Part shown: piece after piece, positions 61,174 to 64,000 of the stretch
How positions within the stretch are numbered: the first letter of the stretch is position 1
How the letters are laid out: every line of letters starts with the position of its first letter
Source: an uncultured delta proteobacterium
Lineage (GTDB): Bacteria > Desulfobacterota > Binatia > Binatales > Binataceae
Assembly: GCA_963724765.1 (NCBI GenBank)
Contig: CAVRVY010000003.1
Coordinates: 1,536,001 to 1,600,000, forward strand
Direction: 5' to 3'
Length of the DNA stretch: 64,000 nucleotides
Position numbers and translations under genes: made by a program
The notes under the pieces: model-generated
Databases searched by the model: none
The model's input: only the letters and a program-made list of their open reading frames with translations
What the model was told of the DNA's origin: nothing

Positions 61174-63570
61174 TTGAAAACTCTCGATTTCACAACAACG
61201 AACCGCTTTCGGTATCCAGCCGGCCCCTTGCTCTTCGGGGTGTTGTTCGTATTGGGGGCCAAGCTTATTGCCAACAGGCGCCGAGCGCGCATCGTACCCT
61301 ATGCCGGACCGGCCGGTGGTCGGGGCTCTGCAAAAGCGGTTGGAGAAGCATTGATGCGCGAACGCGTGCCCCTCAGCGGCGCGCGCCTCTTGCTGCACCA
61401 GAATAAACATAGGGGTTTCGCGTGTGTCAGTTGCGCATGGGCAAAACCAAAATCACGCCCGTTGGAGTTTTGCGAGAACGGAGCCAAGGCTACCATCTGG
61501 GAAATTGACGCTCACCGGGCGACGCCGGAGTTCTTTGCGAATCACACGGTCCAGGATCTGCTTACGTGGTCTGACCACCAATTGGAACGACAAGGGCGTC
61601 TTACTTATCCGCTTCGGTGGGACAAGGAGAGCGATAAGTACCTACCTGTCCCGTGGGAAGAGGCTTTTCGCGATATCGGGCAGCGACTCCAGGGTTGTAA
61701 TCCTAAATCGGTGGTATTTTATACCTCCGGACGGGCCTCGCTTGAGACTTCTTACCTGTTTGGATTAATGGCTCGCCTTTACGGGAATAACAATCTTCCT
61801 GATTCCTCCAACATGTGTCATGAGAGCACGTCCGTAGCATTGCCCGAGAGTATTGGCGTGCCCGTCGGAACAGTTATCCTCGACGATTTCGACCAAACCG
61901 ATTGCATTCTCTTCTTCGGCCAAAACGTGGGCAGTAACAGTCCGCGAATGATGCATCAGTTACAAAATGCCGTTCAACGCGGTGCTCAAATCATTACTTT
62001 CAATCCACTGCGCGAGCGCGGATTAGAACGATTTACCAATCCTCAATCGCCTGTCCAGATGCTGACCGGCTCCTCCACCACGATCAGCAGTCAGTATCAC
62101 CAGTTGAAGGCGGGCGGTGATATCGCTGCAATCATGGGTATTTGTAAAGCCCTGATTGAGATGGATGACGCGAGCCGCCGCAATGGCCACGTATCGGTGC
62201 TCGATCATGAGTTTATAGAAAACCACGTCCACGGTTTTACAGATTTTGCCAATGACGCTCGAAATTATTCCTGGCAACATCTCGAGCGGGAGGCGGGAAT
62301 AAGCCGCGCCGCTATTGAAGCTGCAGCAGCGAGTTATGCTCGCGCGAAAAGCGTCATCGCCGTTTATGGTATGGGGTTGACGCAACATCGGGCCGGAGTG
62401 GAAGCGGTTCAGATGCTCGTCAATCTTCTGCTCCTGCGCGGGAACATCGGAAGACCAGGAGCAGGCATTTGTCCCGTCCGCGGCCATTCGAACGTTCAGG
62501 GTCAGCGCACGGTCGGCATCACTGAAAAGCCGGAATTGGTTCCGCTCGACCGGCTTGCCGAGCAATATGGCTTCGAACCCCCACGCGATAAGGGGATGAA
62601 TACCGTCGAAGCTTGCGAAGGAATAGTAGCGGGCCGCGTCAACGCCTTCGTCATGCTGGGTGGAAATTTCGTTAGAGCAATTCCTGAAAAGGAAATGATG
62701 GAAACGGCGTGGCGAAAACTGCGCCTTACCGTTGCGATCTCGACCAAGTTAAACCGCAGCCACCTAGTACATGGTGAAGTCTCTTATGTGCTGCCATGCC
62801 TTGGACGAACTGAGGTCGATCGTCAGGCGACCGGCCGGCAAGCTATCTCTACTGAAGACAGCACCGGGTTTTTTCACGCCTCTCGCGGATTCCAAAGACC
62901 GGCCAGCAAACACTTGCTGTCCGAGCCGCGAATCGTGGCGGAAATCGCGAAGGCGACCCTAACTCCCAATCCAAAAGTCGATTGGGATGGTTGGATCGCG
63001 GATTATGGCCAAATTCGTGAATCGATCGAAGCGACTTATCCCGAGAATTTCACGGCCTTTAACCGGCGGATGTGGCGGTCCGAGGGTTTTCAGCGGAAGA
63101 TCGCCGCGCGTCAGCGCAAATGGAAGACGAGCACCGGCAAGGCGAACCTTATCAGTCCCAAAAGCTTGCGCGAGGATCCTGATACTCGCCAGGCAGACGA
63201 TGTGCTTCGAATGATAACGCTGCGGAGCAACGACCAATTTAATACGACAATCTACGGATATGACGATCGGCTTCGAGGCATTCTTGGCACCCGTAGCATA
63301 ATACTCATGCACTGCAATGATATCGCGCGGCTGGGTTTAGCCGAAAGCCAGATGGTCGTTATCCCCACAGTTGCCGACGACGGAATTAGGCGAGAACTGA
63401 AGGGCTTGCAGGTCGTGACATATAATATCCCGGAGGGCTGCGTCGGAACGTACTATCCCGAGGCTAATGTATTGATTCCGCTGTGGCATCATGCCGAGCG
63501 AAGTAAAGTCCCGGCGGCAAAGTCTGTACCGGTGAGGGTTCATGCGTTAGGTGACCAGACGGGTCTCTAA
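61174..63570 (+). CDS. FdhF/YdeP family molybdopterin oxidoreductase (start uncertain, probably near 61267)
   Basis: GFACVSCAW, EFCENGAKA, FYTSGRASLE, NNLPDSSNMCHES, PVRGHSNVQG, TLRSNDQFNTTIYG. Confidence 0.9.
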   Translation: MKTLDFTTTNRFRYPAGPLLFGVLFVLGAKLIANRRRARIVPYAGPAGGRGSAKAVGEALMRERVPLSGARLLLHQNKHRGFACVSCAWAKPKSRPLEFCENGAKATIWEIDAHRATPEFFANHTVQDLLTWSDHQLERQGRLTYPLRWDKESDKYLPVPWEEAFRDIGQRLQGCNPKSVVFYTSGRASLETSYLFGLMARLYGNNNLPDSSNMCHESTSVALPESIGVPVGTVILDDFDQTDCILFFGQNVGSNSPRMMHQLQNAVQRGAQIITFNPLRERGLERFTNPQSPVQMLTGSSTTISSQYHQLKAGGDIAAIMGICKALIEMDDASRRNGHVSVLDHEFIENHVHGFTDFANDARNYSWQHLEREAGISRAAIEAAAASYARAKSVIAVYGMGLTQHRAGVEAVQMLVNLLLLRGNIGRPGAGICPVRGHSNVQGQRTVGITEKPELVPLDRLAEQYGFEPPRDKGMNTVEACEGIVAGRVNAFVMLGGNFVRAIPEKEMMETAWRKLRLTVAISTKLNRSHLVHGEVSYVLPCLGRTEVDRQATGRQAISTEDSTGFFHASRGFQRPASKHLLSEPRIVAEIAKATLTPNPKVDWDGWIADYGQIRESIEATYPENFTAFNRRMWRSEGFQRKIAARQRKWKTSTGKANLISPKSLREDPDTRQADDVLRMITLRSNDQFNTTIYGYDDRLRGILGTRSIILMHCNDIARLGLAESQMVVIPTVADDGIRRELKGLQVVTYNIPEGCVGTYYPEANVLIPLWHHAERSKVPAAKSVPVRVHALGDQTGL

Positions 63571-63795
63571 CTTATCTGACCGATTATATCGCAGTGTTTG
63601 CAGAATGATTGTAGCACTTTGGCCTCCGTCCATCGGCCCGAGCGGTATTAGCGCAAAGCCTAATCCACAGACAGATCTTTTCAAAGGACGTCTCACCAAG
63701 GGTGCGCACGAACCTGAAGAATTGTCGCGGGCGCTCGCGCCTATCCTGGGACATTTGGACACTCAGATCGCAAAGCCACAAAAGGAGCAAACGAA

Positions 63796-64000
63796 ATGCC
63801 AAAGCATGAAGGAGCGGAGCATCACAAGAAGGCTGCTGAACACCATGAGCATGCCGCCCGCCATCACAAAGAGGCGGCTCGCCATCACGAAGAGGGGTCG
63901 CATGAAAAGGGCGGTCATCATGCCCATATCGCCCATGGACATCATTTGAATGCTGTCCATCATGCGGAGGAGGCGGCTAAAACGCACGCAAACCAGCACA
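63796..64000 (+). CDS. His-rich small helical protein, partial (runs off the window; not in the ORF track)
   Basis: AAGGAG RBS. Reads MPKHEGAEHHKKAAEHHEHAARHHKEAARHHEEGSHEKGGHHAHIAHGHHLNAVHHAEEAAKTHANQH, 21 His in 68 codons. Confidence 0.85.
   Translation, partial: MPKHEGAEHHKKAAEHHEHAARHHKEAARHHEEGSHEKGGHHAHIAHGHHLNAVHHAEEAAKTHANQH

Overview
GC-rich bacterial chromosomal window with no rRNA, tRNA, CRISPR array or intact mobile element visible. The gene content (several luciferase-like monooxygenases, a DUF1329-like protein, a CAxB-type copper membrane monooxygenase) suggests a soil Binatota/Deltaproteobacteria-like organism; this is inference only. Highlights: (1) a divergent copper membrane monooxygenase operon xmoC-xmoA-[78-aa His1 mini-protein]-xmoB, tightly coupled to a Tat-exported GMC flavo-[3Fe-4S] dehydrogenase pair with no cytochrome subunit and to a SCO copper chaperone (13062-19036); (2) a selenoprotein split in the ORF track: a Prx/TlpA-like protein with an in-frame UGA (WASW-U-GC) followed by a SECIS-like hairpin (33088-34272, minus); (3) a sigma54-driven 2TM histidine kinase, bEBP response regulator and PspA operon; (4) a storage-lipid locus combining WS/DGAT, a mini-PhaE and class III PhaC, next to a sigma54-promoted GNAT gene whose leader holds three tandem 24-nt hairpins; (5) a Rieske oxygenase plus glutamine-synthetase-like pair resembling aromatic-amine catabolism; (6) mdtABC with a ~170-aa Ser/Thr/Ala/Gly insert in MdtC; (7) a lower-GC, decaying general-stress block at the right end (ligD deletion remnant, frameshifted LigC-type ligase, YdeP-like protein, His-rich mini-protein). 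All family calls come from motif recognition by eye; no database search was run.
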